From NCBI GenBank assembly GCA_003427395.1, contig BFEA01000010.1:5566608-5613720 (forward strand): a stretch of 47,113 nucleotides of DNA, in the 5' to 3' direction. Within the stretch, counting starts at the first letter, position 1, and each line of letters opens with the position of its first letter. The stretch is from Chara braunii. Its lineage: Eukaryota > Plantae > Charophyceae. The notes below the pieces were generated by a model that saw nothing but the letters and a program-made list of their open reading frames with translations, made no database searches and had not been told where the DNA came from. Of this stretch, positions 25,765 to 39,031 are shown one piece after another. A program made the position numbers and the translations under genes.

Positions 25765-26879
25765 GCAATATTTGGACTGTGCGCGAGGGTTTACTTTCAC
25801 AGAATACACGTCTTGTCCATCATGCAACCAAAACAGTCGCAATTACCCTTCTACCTCTTTGCTCAGGTAATCCTTTCAGCTATTATGATCAGTATATATA
25901 CCCTTTGGTCCAAATACTTCCCCTTCTGGTTGAACCCTGGTCCCTGTAGTCTCCTGTCATCATCGAGTCATCGTCGCGTTGCTGAATGACCACCGTTCAA
26001 ATGTTCTTCTAGTCGTGATATATCGAAATCATTCCTTCTTCAAAAAACTTTGCGTCATTACGTCACCTGAAGTATCTTCGTCCTTGCTGCTGATATTGGT
26101 TATCCCGATGCTCTTCTGGTCGCGATATGTCAAAAAATTCGTTTCTCAAAAAACTTTGCATCTTCATACGCAATGACATATTCTGGTAGAGCTTTCAAGC
26201 ATCTGTCCTCGTTTGTGAATTTTAATTTAATTTATTTTATTTGGATTTTGGAATTTGGACTTTTTGTTGTCCTTGCTTGTAGTGCTTTTGCGAATCTTCG
26301 AGTGTTGTATCGGTTGAAATCTTGAGATCGGAGATTGATTGTACTTTCCTTGGTCAGTACATTTTTTGAAGAGTCTTGTTTTGAAAAAAAAATTCGACTG
26401 TTTGGTATTTATTTTCGTATGACTTTATCTTCGAAACTCTAGAAATTTCAGTGTTGTATCGGTTTAAATCTTGAGATCGGAGATTGATTGTACTTTCCTT
26501 GGTCAGTACATTTTTTGGAGAGTCTTGTTTTGATTTTTTTTTTTTACTGTTTGGTATTTATTTTCGTACGACTTTATATTTGAAACTCTAGAAATTTTTG
26601 CTTGGGCTTCCCATTCGAAATCCGACAAGGTTTTATATTTCGATATGTTTTCGTACAATTCCTTCAATATTTTCGAGAGAGCCTCAGGTCACCATATTTG
26701 TGTTTCATGTATGGGTACTCGGTTGTATATCTGTTGTATTTTGTTTGATGGAAAGGGGAACTTACTGTTTGTTCTTTCTGTGGACATTTCAATATTGTTT
26801 TTGTGTTTTATTTCTTATTTTAGCAATTCATTATGTCTTTCTTTTTCAGAAATCTAAGAAGATATTTCGTTTTGTGTTG
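25761..26879 (-). repeat. 3' pseudo-LTR of the decayed PLE, with an internal 149 bp tandem duplication at 26301-26598
   Basis: Aligns to 30368-31367 from ACTTGCAATATTTGGAC to TTGTGTTG. Confidence 0.85.
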
Positions 26880-29800
26880 TTTGTACAATTCCTGATAAAG
26901 GCCAAAATGGTCGAACGTGTTGTCATCCATGAGTATTCCAACAATTTAAGCTTTGTGCAATATAAGTTCAATAGGGCGAACAAGTTCATGTCATATGTGT
27001 TTGGTACCATTCTGTGGAAAGTGTCGATGATCGTCAACACTTTCGTGTTCATGTAGTCGACACTTTTTAAATGACGGGTAGACTGAATAAAGAGAGAACT
27101 TGCCAATTGCTCCCGGAGTGTAGCTTCATTCTTAAGTTTATGCGTATATTTCAGGAGGGGTCCATGATCCATCTTCGTGATTCTTGTTTCTAAATAATTC
27201 CATTTTGTACTTTGCATATTTTGCGTGATTCTACTTTTAGTGATGAGTGATAACACTTTGTGAATGAATTAAAGCATGCGGTTTCAGTTTCAATGGTTTT
27301 TCGATTAACAACTACTATGATATTACATCATCAACAAATCTAATACCGTGTACGAGTTTTGGTCCATACCGATTTCAAAACGCCATTTGTATTCGTCATC
27401 TGTGCAAAGTTTGCGATCGGCGGACTAAATCCTTTTCCCATGGGCATTGTCGTAACAATGTATCTTGTACTTTGAAGTATGCATGTTGAATATGAAAATA
27501 TAGGAGGTCAATTTTCGTTGTTTTCCATTCATGTATGTGTCATGTGCTTTTTTAAAATTTATATGTTTTTTTTTAATTTTATAGCATAGATGAGTTTTCC
27601 TTTTGTCTTTCGCTATACTTAGTATCTATTGTATGACGTTCAACACATGTGTATGTTTTAAGTTAAAGAATATATCCTTTATGTCATATGTCGCTCATGG
27701 CACAGTGACATCTTGCTCATATGTCTGTGTTGTCGTTTTGTTGCATTCTTTTAGTTTTGGAACCAGTTGATTTGTACCCTGCAGGGCAAATCCTAATTGC
27801 CACGTACTGCATAGCAAATATAAGGCTCTTGACAAAAATTTTAATGCGTGTCATGTGGGTTCACTGTATGTTGGTACAATTGGGTGTGTTCTGGATACAT
27901 CTTTGTTTTTTGGTATTACGTACGCATTTCCATATAATCTATTATCATCCCACTTAACCACTTTCCCAAATGCATGATATATTTGCTCTACTTGTTGGAG
28001 AATCTCACATGTTGTTTGTTGGATGACTTCGTAGTGTACAAACTCTAAGAAGACGGATTTGCTTTTTTCAAACCACGCCCTTGGGCCTTGCGCATTCAGT
28101 ATATGTTTCATCGGGATTTTTATCTAGCCGTGATAATATATATATCCCTTCAATTTGTTCTTCACCTGCCACACTACAGAGATATCCAGGTGCTGTTTAT
28201 CATTGATGTTCGAGATCATACAATCGGATAAATCCTCATGTGTTCCTTGCATAAATCTTATTTTTGGTGGTATGCAAGGATGTAGTCTGTACTATGGCTC
28301 TATGCACTATCTGTTTTCCTGTTCTTGCATTCATATAAGGTACGTTCTTTGCATTCTACACGAGTTCGTTTTCTTCAATGTGACTTAATCGACAAGCAAC
28401 ATGTGATTTTATCTTTGGAAGCTGACTCATTAGGCATTCACATACGGGCAGTGTCTCCATTACCTGTCTGTGATTATGCAAGATTTCATCGATTGGTTTT
28501 TATTTTTTTTTAACATTACCTGCATGCGTGATACCAAATCTTTTGTCAGGTTGAAATTCTTTATGCTTCCAATTATAGCATCGGATGTTGCGTTGCGAAT
28601 TTGCTTTATGTTGATTTGCGTGACATATGAAATTTTGAATGTCAATCTTCGTTTGATATAGAATGCAAACTTTTTTTTTGATATCCTGGCAAATACACCC
28701 TTTAAAGTTCCACGTCTCTTGCCCATGATGAAACCGACTTTTGTCAGTAGGACAAGTAGATCATCCAATGATAACTTAGATAATTATTTCCTTCTTCATG
28801 GGGCTTTTAGACAGTTAATCAATGTGTTCCTATGTTTATTCGATGATGGTCCTGTGTATATTAACTTGATAACGCAGAATGTATAGCCACCTTCCAGTAA
28901 ATTTCTGCATTCCTTGAGCTTATACTGTACTTCCTCTACGTCAATTATGATAAACTCGAATGTTGGTTTGATCACCTTCCATTTCTCATATCATAACTTG
29001 CCTTCAATACTTTGTATTGTTGCTTTCGGTTGTAGAATCTGGATCAACTTCATTGTGTGAGTGAATCTCGTAGATTTAAACATTACCGACATATTTTGAT
29101 TAATTGTACTTCTCCCGGATTTCTCTTCTCTTCTTTGATTTATATTCTTTCGTTGCTTCCTTTTCTTTCCCATGTATGCTCATGTATGGATTTAGTCTGT
29201 TAACGAGAGCCTCTTCTATCTTGGTTACTTCGGACTTCACCGCCGTCCATATTGGTATGAGTGCGTACTTATGCCAACCAAATTTCCATAGCCAGCTGTA
29301 TAACTTGTGTTGCACACCCTTCCCAATCTTCCGAGCCAGGTTAACATGCTCACACCACCTATTATCCACTCGCCGCCCCATCTTCCCTATGTAAAAGTGA
29401 CTACACCATGGTGAAGCGAGTACATATACACAATGATTCGCATCTAGGAGTGTATCTACTCGTGTATACTGAGCCGTCCATAAATCCACAAATGATCAGT
29501 ATAACCTATTATAGACTATCGAGGGCAGTATTCCATGACCAGTACTGATCATTAGCAATTGAGGGCAGTGTATCTACTCGTGTATACTGAGCAGTTCATA
29601 TCTCCTCCTTGAGGTCGGTTGTGAACCATGCTCTGTTACCACGCGGTGAAAAATCGTTTCGCCTCAGTTCCCACTGCCTTTGACCAAATATTTTGGGTGA
29701 TTCCGATTCAACTATTTTTTTCCTAACTGATGTTGATCTTAATTTGCGTCTACGGTCTCGTGGTGTTCTGGATATCCCTTGTTTGATTCACTTTCTTCCT

Positions 29801-30367
29801 TGCGATGCCGATTACGATGATGAAGAGGAGTGTCTGTGCCTCTGTCTCACCGACGATGAACGCGAACGCGCCATCTTCCCTGAAGTACTTGGCACCGTGG
29901 GTGTGGTAATTGGCACATTGGTTATAGTACTTTGCACCTTGGGTGTGGTTCCTCCACAAAACGTCACGAATGAAAAAGGATCACAAAATCAGGTTGGTGA
30001 AGATAAGAAAAGAGACAAATACACGAGTGAACTACGTACTGAAATGAAGGAGTATGACAAAATAACAAAAAATCCAACATGGTAAAATAGCGAACATGTC
30101 ACAAACAGACCAACCAGAAATGTACAATAAGCGTTGAATCGAACCTCCAATCGCTAAAAGATAGCGCTGCCAATACCCAACAAATAACCAATCAAACCAG
30201 CTTCATGCATTCGTTCCAACTGCAACTACTAAGCCACCGGTTAGTATGATCACGACAAGTAGAAAAACACAAATATATGTAGCCTATAGTTGTATACCAA
30301 CCTGGAATCAATGCCGATCTTCACGGGTGCTTCCCGTGAGTTCAAAGCACCGTGCCTTGAGATATAC

Positions 30368-31367
30368 ACTTGCAATATTTGGACAACACGTGCGAAACTT
30401 TACTTTCACAGAATACACGTCATGTCCATGGCATGTGACCAAAACAGTTGCGATTACACTTCTACCTCTCTGCTCATGTAATCCTTTTAACCATTATCAT
30501 CAATATATATACCATTTGGTCCAAATACTTCCCGTCCGACTGAACCCTAGTCCCTGCAGTCTTCTCTCATCATCGTGTCATCGTTGCGTTACTTAATCAC
30601 CACCATTCAGATGTTATTATAGTCGCGATATGTCGAAATCATTCCTTCTCCGAAAAACTCTGCGTCATTATGTCCCTTGAAGTATCTTCGTCGTTGCTGC
30701 TGATATCGGTTATCCCGATGCTCTTCTGGTCGATATATGTTGAAAATTTCATTTCCGAAAAATCTATGCGTCTTCATATCCAATGAAGTGTCTCGGTAAA
30801 ACTTTCATGTATCCTTTATTTCCATCATCTGTCCTCGTTTGTGAATTTTTATTTGATTTGATTTTATTTGGATTTTAGAATTTAGACTTTATTTTTTTTT
30901 ATCCTTGCTTGCAGTGCTTTTGCGAATATTCCGATGTTATATCTGTTTAAATCCTTAGGTCGGAGATCGATTGCACTTTTCGAGGTCGGTACGTTTTTTG
31001 GAGAGCCTCGCTTTGAATTTCTTTTTCGATTGTTTGATATTTATTTCTGTATGACCTTATTCGAAACCCTAGAAATTCTTGCTCGGCCTTTCCATATGAA
31101 ATCCGACAAGGTTTTATATTTCAACATGTTTTGGTACAATTCCTTCGATATTATGAAGAGAGGCCCAAGTCGCCGTATTTATGTTTCATATACGGGTACT
31201 CCATTGTTTAACCGTTGTATTTCGTTTGATAGAAAAGGGAGCTTACTGTTTTTTTTTCTTTCCATGGACATTTCGACATTGTTTTTGTGTGTTACTTACT
31301 TTTGATTTTACCAATTTCTTATGTTTTTCTTTTCCATAAATTCCAAAAGACATTTCACATTGTGTTG
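30368..31367 (-). repeat. 5' pseudo-LTR of the decayed PLE
   Basis: Diverged direct repeat of 25761-26879. Confidence 0.85.
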
Positions 31368-32268
31368 AGGAGGCAGAGAACGTCTTCTTAGTCCCAAGAT
31401 TCCCCGGAAACCTAAACGAAGGGTAGTCAAGCTTCGACACGGGAAACACGTACGGACCGTCTCGTTGAGACTTGTATGAGTCCTTTAACTGATATAAGAG
31501 AACCTCGACGAGGATGTCGAAAAAAACTCCGGGCTATTGTCGGGTGACCAAAAGTAGTCGGCCACCTGAAATGGGGAGAACAAGATCTTCGAGTGAACGA
31601 CTAGATAAAATTTTTTGGGTATTTTTGTCAGACATGTCACGGAAAATTACGGGATCCAAGATAGACTTTTAATTTTCCTTGATCACCCACTGATACTAAC
31701 CCTTAATCTTTGATAATTGGACAACCACTTCTACTGCCCCTAATATCCACCTTTTTCATCTGTTTTGAGATTGTATTCGAATCAGCTGGCCGTGGGACGA
31801 GGGTAAGCTTGCAAGCCCTCACGCGACTTTTTCTACAGCGACCAGTTGACGAGGAAATGGGGCCTCAAATTTTATTTAATTTAATGATGAAATCAAAGAT
31901 AAGTAATAAAATAAAAATTAATAAAAAAAATTAAAATAAATGATTATTTTATTATTGAACATTTTTTACCCAATTATACCCTCGTTGATTTTAACCATAT
32001 TTTACGTATTTATTATTCCTTGCTGATTTAAACCATAGCTACGCCGGACCGGACCCTGGACAAAATCCGGGCTTCGGAACTTGGAACTTCTGAGTCCTTC
32101 CAGGCTTCCGGAACACCGGAAATTTCTGCATGATCCAGACCGAGGTCCGGATCCCCTTTCCGAATATGTATCCGGATACCTCGGATTTTTCGGGAAAACA
32201 AAAGAACACCGCGTACGTACATACAATACCTCGTTGTGTTGTCATATTCGGTGTATAGTAAAAAAAAT

Positions 32269-32520
32269 ATAGGTTATCTGATCAGACGTTTGGGACCCCC
32301 CTGACCGTCTGGGGTTGTCCGCTCGGACAACCGGTCGGACGTCCTTCCCGGGCAGTTTGTTCGAGCCTGAAAAAAAAAAAAAAAAAATGGTACTCAGAAA
32401 AATATGAAAAACAACTATGTTATGCAAAAAAATAAACTAAACAACTTGTGCCTTGGGATGATATCAAAATTCGTTATCAAATTTAAAATAAAAAATAAAA
32501 TAAAATAAAAACCCTATTTT
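32269..32520. mobile_element. Truncated relative of the 26-1562 MITE family
   Basis: ACAACTTGTGCC..ATCAAAATTCGTTATCAAATTTAAAATAAAAAATAAAATA (32431-32505) resembles 980-1040. It is preceded by similar GGGACCCC/TTCG/poly-A architecture. Confidence 0.5.
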
Positions 32521-32550
32521 TTTTTCCTGGGGATCCGGCGTTTCCAAAAC

Positions 32551-32592
32551 GCCGGACCCCCTACATGTATCTGGTCTATGGTTGAGACCAGA

Positions 32593-32637
<45 letters not shown>

Positions 32638-32674
32638 TCTCAACCATAGACCAGATACATGCAGGGGGTCCGGC
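32551..32674. repeat. Inverted repeat with 40-bp arms around a poly-T spacer
   Basis: GCCGGACCCCCTACATGTATCTGGTCTATGGTTGAGACCA (32551-32590) vs TGGTCTCAACCATAGACCAGATACATGCAGGGGGTCCGGC (32635-32674), 1 mismatch. Confidence 0.9.
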
Positions 32675-34962
32675 CGGATTTTGGCAGAAAAAACCAGTTT
32701 TGATTTCGTTCAAAAAATATAATATGCCCGTTTTGACGAAATAGCTGTTACAGAGAGTAGTGCCAAGAAGCAGACCACTAGAGCGCTAGCGTCCAAACGA
32801 AAAGGAATGACTGCTTAATTAAACGCGCGTATGTTTTCGGAGTTAACCATGCACAGACTGATAAATCGTCATTCACATCTCCCATGCGTTCTCAACACAG
32901 AAGCATACAGATTACATTTCTTCCAACACTCTATGATCATCTCGCCCTTAGTCACCCCCAGTACCCGACCTTTTATTCAACCACCACCGAAAACAACAGT
33001 TCATGAGAGCTCGCGCACTAGAAGGTTAACGAGAGCTGAACATGGATGGGGCTGATGACTTCAACTACTTCGCCTGCGCGTTGAACGTGCTCAAGGCAAG
33101 TAGTATCCACCAAGACATGTAGCCCTCATCTCTCTCTTTCGCGTAACTGACTGACGCACTGTCACGCTAATCAAGCACGGAGTGCGCAACACACGGATTT
33201 CAAATATTTCCTCACCCGCTCCTTCAAGAGAGCGGTTTCGTATGCGTGAATCCGGAGGAACAAGTGCACCCCTCCCTACTGCAACAGGCTGATCACGCGA
33301 TGATGATGATTTCTTCGAGTGGGTGGCAGTCTCGCAAACTAATACTTAGAGCTATCGCCTCAACGCCAGTGATGACGTTCGTGGAAATCATGTTCGTGGC
33401 CTGAGCACGCCGCCTGTACTCAGATACAAGCAAAAGAGTAAATTTGAACATGGTACCAATCCCCTCCGTCGATCATGCGGAGGCTAAGAGAGATGAGAAA
33501 GAAGGGGAGTAAACATTCATAGTCTGTGCCACCACGACTGTTCGCTCACGGACATCTCTCAAGGGTCTGACTTCCGCCGTGTACTTGCATTCGTGCCACC
33601 ACACACCATGTGCACTAGTTCGCGACTAGACTCACTCCGGACGTGGAAGATGGCGCGGCCCTCAGAAAACAGCTACTTAGACCCCATGAAGGGGGGATGA
33701 TCTCGCCACTCTGACCATGCGAAGTTGACGTTAACCGCAACTCATAGTCTCTTGGGTACCCCTACCCACGCACTTTGACGTTTTCCTCTCTCTTTTGTGT
33801 CTCGCCTTCCCTTCCCTGTTCTTGAGCGTGACCATTGCGCGCGTGACTGCCTCGTAACTGCTTCGCGCTCTCAGTCCTGTTGCCCTGGTCCTGAGTTGGC
33901 CTTCAGACCTTTCTCCACGGGCTCTGCAGACTGGTGATCTCGCCGCCACTGGTCCCATCCATGCCAAGACAGGGTCGCCTCGGCGTCGCTCATTTCAGAC
34001 CCCCCTTCGGAGTCTCGATCGACGCGCTGCACCTTTCTAGCCGTGGTCCCTGTAGACGAGTTGTCCTCATGGTAAGTGACAATCACCCGCATTCCCACAG
34101 TTACCCCGTCTCACCTGCATCTCCGCTCAGCCCTGTTGTGCGCCTTGGTAATAGCCGCATGCAGTCTCTCGTGTCTTCTCATTTCCTGTTCTAAGTGGCA
34201 ACCAACGTTAATCTTCAACCTTACCTCTCCCGCAGTTTTTCGTATGTCAGTATAGCCTCAACTAAGGTACCCTTCTCATCCTCTCGTTCCCACATCCAAG
34301 AGTACCTGATATACCTTGGCCTATAGCCACGCAGACCATCTCGGTCTGCTATAGCGACCTTCAGAATAGCCAATGGCTTAATACCTGGATCACACACACA
34401 GATAGCCCGCGAACGGGGTACCTCACCGTTCTGCCCTTCTCCCTCAAACTACTAGCGTTAGCCGAATGGGGCTGCCTACGCGCTTCTATCGGCCATTGGC
34501 CAATGACTCGTTTGCTCCACCCTGTATAGGCTCACCACTCACCACGATCCCTGCGCTCTAAATGAACAATTCAAATAGCCCTCCTTTTAAATTCTTCATA
34601 TTAAAAATTTAAAGTGCCCAAAATAATAAAATAAATAAGATCAAATAATTCAAGAAAGGTGGGAGACTGCGACTCAACGGTCAGAGCACGAACCGAACTT
34701 ACTGCGTTACTGTCAATCACTAATCCTCATGATGTAACTACCGTGACAGGCCTGAAGCGGTAGTCCCATAACGAGATACCGACGGACACACTCCTCCCTT
34801 CAAAACACTCCGTCGGCCTACTCCTATTGGGTACCTGCGTCCGATGGCAAGGAGGGGGCTTATGACCCTCCACGCGGGGGGTGATAAGCCTCCTACCAAA
34901 GCGGCCTTGGGATGCCCCCGCTTTTGGGGTCCCACTGAGTGGCGCCCAGCCGGAGAGAGATG

Positions 34963-35930
34963 GTTAACGAGTGCATATATTTTCAGGTCTCCTTTCCAGG
35001 CAGTTCAACCACTTTAGGTTAGTACACCACTTTCAGGTTGTGTGTGGATCTATACATGGGGTTGTCTGGAACCGCCTTCAACCAGTTCAACCACTTCAGG
35101 TTGATACACCACTTTCAGATTGCCTACAGATCTATTGCAAATGGTGGGATGGGGTTACCTGAAACCCCTTTCAGAAGCTTCAACCACTTCAGCAGTTTCA
35201 GGTCCCCACCTGAAATTCGTGAAATGACCTGAAGTGACTGAAGCTTCTGAAAGGGGTTTCAGGTACCCCCATCCAATCGTTTGGATGGGGGTACATGAAA
35301 CCCCTTTCAGAAGCTTCAGCCACTTCAGCGGTTTTGGGTCCCCACCTGAAATTCCTGAAATGACCTGAAGTGGTTGAAGCTTCTGAAAGGGGTTTCAGGT
35401 ACCCCCATCGAAATGGTTGGATGTACCTGAAACCCCTTTCAGAAGCTTCAGCCACTTCATCGGTTTAAGGTCCCCACCTGAGATTCCTGAAATTACCTGA
35501 AGTGGCTAAAGCTTCTGAAAGGGGTTTCAGGTACCCCGATCTAACTATTTAGGGGGGGTTACCTGAAAGCCTTTTCAGAACCTTCAACCACTTCAGCGGT
35601 TTCAGGTCCCAACCTGAAATTCCTGAAATGACCTAAAGTGGCTAAAGCTTCTGAAAAGGGTTTCAGGTACCCGCATCCAACCATTTGGATGGGGGTACCT
35701 GAAACCCCATTCAGAAGCTTCAGCCACTTCAGCGGTTTCAGGTCCCCACCTGAAATTCCTAAAATGACCTGAAGTGCCTGAAAAAACAGGCAGAAAAAAA
35801 CAAACAAATATAAAACTTGTCCTCCAAACCACCCGAAACTTCTGAAATGACCTGAAGTGTCTTTAGGCCATTTCAGCGGCTTCAGACCACTTCAGAATCT
35901 TTCATTCTGAAATTTCAAGTGGTCGTTAAC
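34963..35930. repeat. Palindromic tandem array (~136 bp unit x ~5), probably a foldback-type DNA element
   Basis: Units start at ~35157, 35293, 35425, 35561 and 35697. Each complete unit is self-complementary (ACCTGAAACCCCTTTCAGAAGCTTCA.. / ..TGAAGCTTCTGAAAGGGGTTTCAGGT). The array is bounded by GTTAACGA..TCGTTAAC. Confidence 0.85.
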
Positions 35931-37386
35931 CGCGAGTGCAGCCGGACAGTTCATACACAAGGTGATAAGCGAGAGGCCGGGCCAGTCTAGGCCACCACTT
36001 TGCACTCATGGCTCATGAACGAACCGTGGACTCCTCGCGAGAGCGACAGAAGGAGGAGATCAAAATCCTCCAGGTCAGGACCACCATACCCACTACTCGA
36101 TGGCGACCCTTTGACACTCTCGCCAGGACACCCAGACTATAGCGGGTCTGGTCACCCTATGACGGTAGACCTCCCGTCAGTCAAACTGTCCCGTACCCAG
36201 ATTTTTAACCACTGCGGTCGGGGGCTGGCTCACCCACCAGTTTTTTGGTCTAGGGCGCTCGCTGCCCCGCCCAAATTTTTGAACGTGGGACCCGGTCTAA
36301 CCACGGTTCCAGACTCTGGCGAACCTCATTGGATTGCATCGTGTGACTGTGGTAGGGTTCCAACTGACCCATTTTGACCTCATAGGCTAAACTCCCGGAG
36401 TCTTAGCCTCAGTCAACTACGAAATTCGACACTTGCGTAGGGGACCTGCTGACCCCACCAGATTGAAACCTAATGTGGTAAGGCTATGACTAGCCCCGAC
36501 AATCGAAGCATCTTTAGGTTTAGAGAAGAAAACCCTAGGGACAGACAATCAAACAACATCTCATATCCCCAACCAGACAATCCATGCCCCAAATAACAGA
36601 ACAAACATTTCTCAAGAAACGTCCCTTCAGTCTTAAGAGGCACTGAACATAAGAAAACGACAACCAACAATGCACTTCTTAGAGACCTCACTTCAGCCTC
36701 AGGAAATATGAAGTGTTAATCTCAGAGAGGTCCTTTACCTCATCTGACAGTACAACCAAGAGACCTCCCATCAGCCTCAAGGAAGTATAGAGATACTGAC
36801 CCTATAGAGGTCTCTTCCCTCATCTGAGACAAAAGATAGGCAACTTAGTCAAGAAACACGAAGTTCCCATGTTGACAACTCTCTGGTCAAGCAAGGCTGA
36901 ACTTCTTTATGCCCAACTTCTTGATAACTCTCTTAGACAGGCAACTAAGTAAGAAGACACGAAGTCCCTTTACTGATAACTCTCTAGTCAAATAGAGTTG
37001 AACTTCTTTATGCCGGTTAAATTTTCTCTTCATCAAAAGATTGATACCGATTACTCTTTGAGGTGCCATGACCAAGAGTTCTTTGAACTTAACATCACTA
37101 CAACTGCTTCTCACAGTTGTCCCCTACTCAGGGATATGATGCCTGTGGATCGACTGCGGCCCAATATTCATGACACTGCTCTCATTGTCTCTGTCACTTA
37201 CAAAAATAATGAAATTATGTCAAATGCAGAAACGAGTACATATCATTTGAAAAATATTTCTCATACCTCTCATGTCAGGATTTGACATGCTGAAAATTAA
37301 AATACTGAATTGACAATGCAAGAGTAGTCAAAGTCTGCTGAAGTTCTTGTCTTTGCAGCGTCTCTCTCTGTCTCACTATACTTCTT

Positions 37387-38780
37387 TTAACTTTCTGAAA
37401 CAGTTCTCTTACTTGATGATTGAGTCTTCTTTCTTTTCTTTGTGATCATTGTAGGGATCATGTCATGATCTTTGAAAATAAGCTTACGAAGCCTTGATCC
37501 TGACACCACATCATGAACTCTTAAACCATCCATCTTCGATATCTCATAGACTTTGCCTTTAGCATCACCTGTAATTATGTAGGGACCGAGCCATCTGGAC
37601 TCCAATCGCGTTGTCCACCGAGTCTCAAGGAAATAGTCAAATAGAAGGACAACGTCACCAATCTTTAACTTCTCTTTCCTTATATATCTCTTTTTGTTCC
37701 ATCTCTCTTTATCTGACAGTCTGCTGGTTACCATTCTTTCTGCAACATCTATCGCATCTTGATCAACCTCTGATATCTGTTTTATTCTGATCTGAAGAAG
37801 CTCTGAAATAAAATATTCCCTGTCACTCTCTTGACTTGACCATGTTCTAATTATACTCTCAATGGGTAAAGTAGCATACCGACCATACCACAAAGTGAAT
37901 GGAGCATAACCAGTGGTTCTCTTGACAATAATGTTGTCAACATAGACTGAAACCCTTAATGCCTTCGTCCAGTTACCGAGATTCCCTTCACACCATTTGG
38001 CCAATGAATCCTTCAGAGTTCTATGAACTCTCTCGACAGGTGCGTTTGCTTGAGGATGATAGGTGGTTACATACCGAATTCTAACAACAGTCTGAGAGTG
38101 GTTCTTCTTACGATCTCATTCCTGAATTCAGATCCTCTGTTTGAAACAAACTCTCTAATAAAGGGGTATCTGAGATAAACTTCCTCTATTCAGTCAGCCA
38201 CTTGCTCGACTATCTTCCTTTTCAGAGTCGTAGCTTCAACATATCTAGAAAAATTATCTTTCATGTTCAGTATGCATCTCATACCACCCTTGCCTGAAGG
38301 CATGGTGATGAGGTCCAAGTGAACTCGACTTCCTGGTTCTACCAGGATAGTAGGGAATAAAGACTCAATCATCCTCGCAGTAGACCTCTTCTGACATAAG
38401 ACACATGACTTACAGAATCTGTAAATCATGTCTCTCGTGTCAGACCAGAAGTAGAGTTTAACTGTCTTAAAGTAGGTTGCTTCAACAACCCTGTGGTCAT
38501 CAACAACCCTCTCGTGTAGAGCAACAATTATTTCTAGCTGTCTTTCTTTTCCACAGACCACCCTCAATGGAGGTAGTCCTCCTTTGCCATCCACGAAGAG
38601 GTGACCTCTCTTTGATCTCAACTTCTTGCTTCGGTCTTTGCAGTAAGACTCCTTTAGCCATTCTCTTTTCATCTTTTTTCAATCTCTTGGTAGTTTCCAT
38701 TATATTCTTCAAATTGAATGATATCTTTTCCTCTTTCTTCTCAACTTCTTCTTCATTCTTTGAGCCGGAACTCTCTTTCA
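37387..38780 (-). mobile_element. Decayed Ty3/Gypsy integrase fragment (no chromodomain seen)
   Basis: HERVVDDH..YFW..FCKSCVLCQ Zn finger; VHLDL; YHPQANAPVERVHRTLKDSL (~38065-38005); TTGYAPFTLWYGR; WLGPY motif. Frameshifted. Confidence 0.92.
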
Positions 38781-38815
38781 GTTCATGAGCAGCCACAGCC
38801 GCCGCATTGACCTTA

Positions 38816-39031
38816 GCATTGTCCCTTCGCCGCTCTAGCCGGGTGAGCCAGCTATACATCCCGCGGTCCCCTACGACAGGATAGGTTTTCGCGGGGCACA
38901 ACTTACTTTCCCTGAGGGTGGTGACAGCCCCTCAGGGAACGTAAGTTGTGCCCCGCGAAAACCTATCCTGTCGTAGGGGACCGCGGGATGTATAGCTGGC
39001 GCACCCTCCTAGAGCGGCGAAGGGACAATGC
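38816..39031. repeat. Near-perfect hairpin: 103-bp arms, 10-nt loop
   Basis: 38816-38918 is the reverse complement of 38929-39031 with 4 mismatches and no indels. Confidence 0.97.

Larger units (their letters stand above)
25761..31367 (-). mobile_element. Decayed Penelope-like retroelement (GIY-YIG N-terminal to RT) with direct pseudo-LTRs
   Basis: Minus-strand GIY-YIG HCVYVLASPWCSHFYIGKMGRRVDNRWCEH (29100-29489). RT motifs TYDIKDIF (~27690), MPMGKGFSPP (~27445) and HGIRFVDDVI (~27350). Direct repeats at 25761-26879 and 30368-31367. Many stops and frameshifts. Confidence 0.88.

Noticed and set aside
25780-25835. Hammerhead in the pLTR of the second PLE (minus ATGATGG..GAAAGTA)
   Set aside because: The core is non-canonical and is not preserved in the other pLTR.
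31368-31860. Possible minus-strand RT fragment (FFDILVEV..YVFPVSKLDYP)
   Set aside because: The motif resemblance is too weak to support without a search.
35157-35790. CRISPR array
   Set aside because: Eukaryotic context, ~136-bp units, no unique spacers and no cas genes.
32746-37380. 3' LTR of the minus-strand Gypsy element
   Set aside because: Plausible, but no partner LTR, clear PPT or TSD could be identified.
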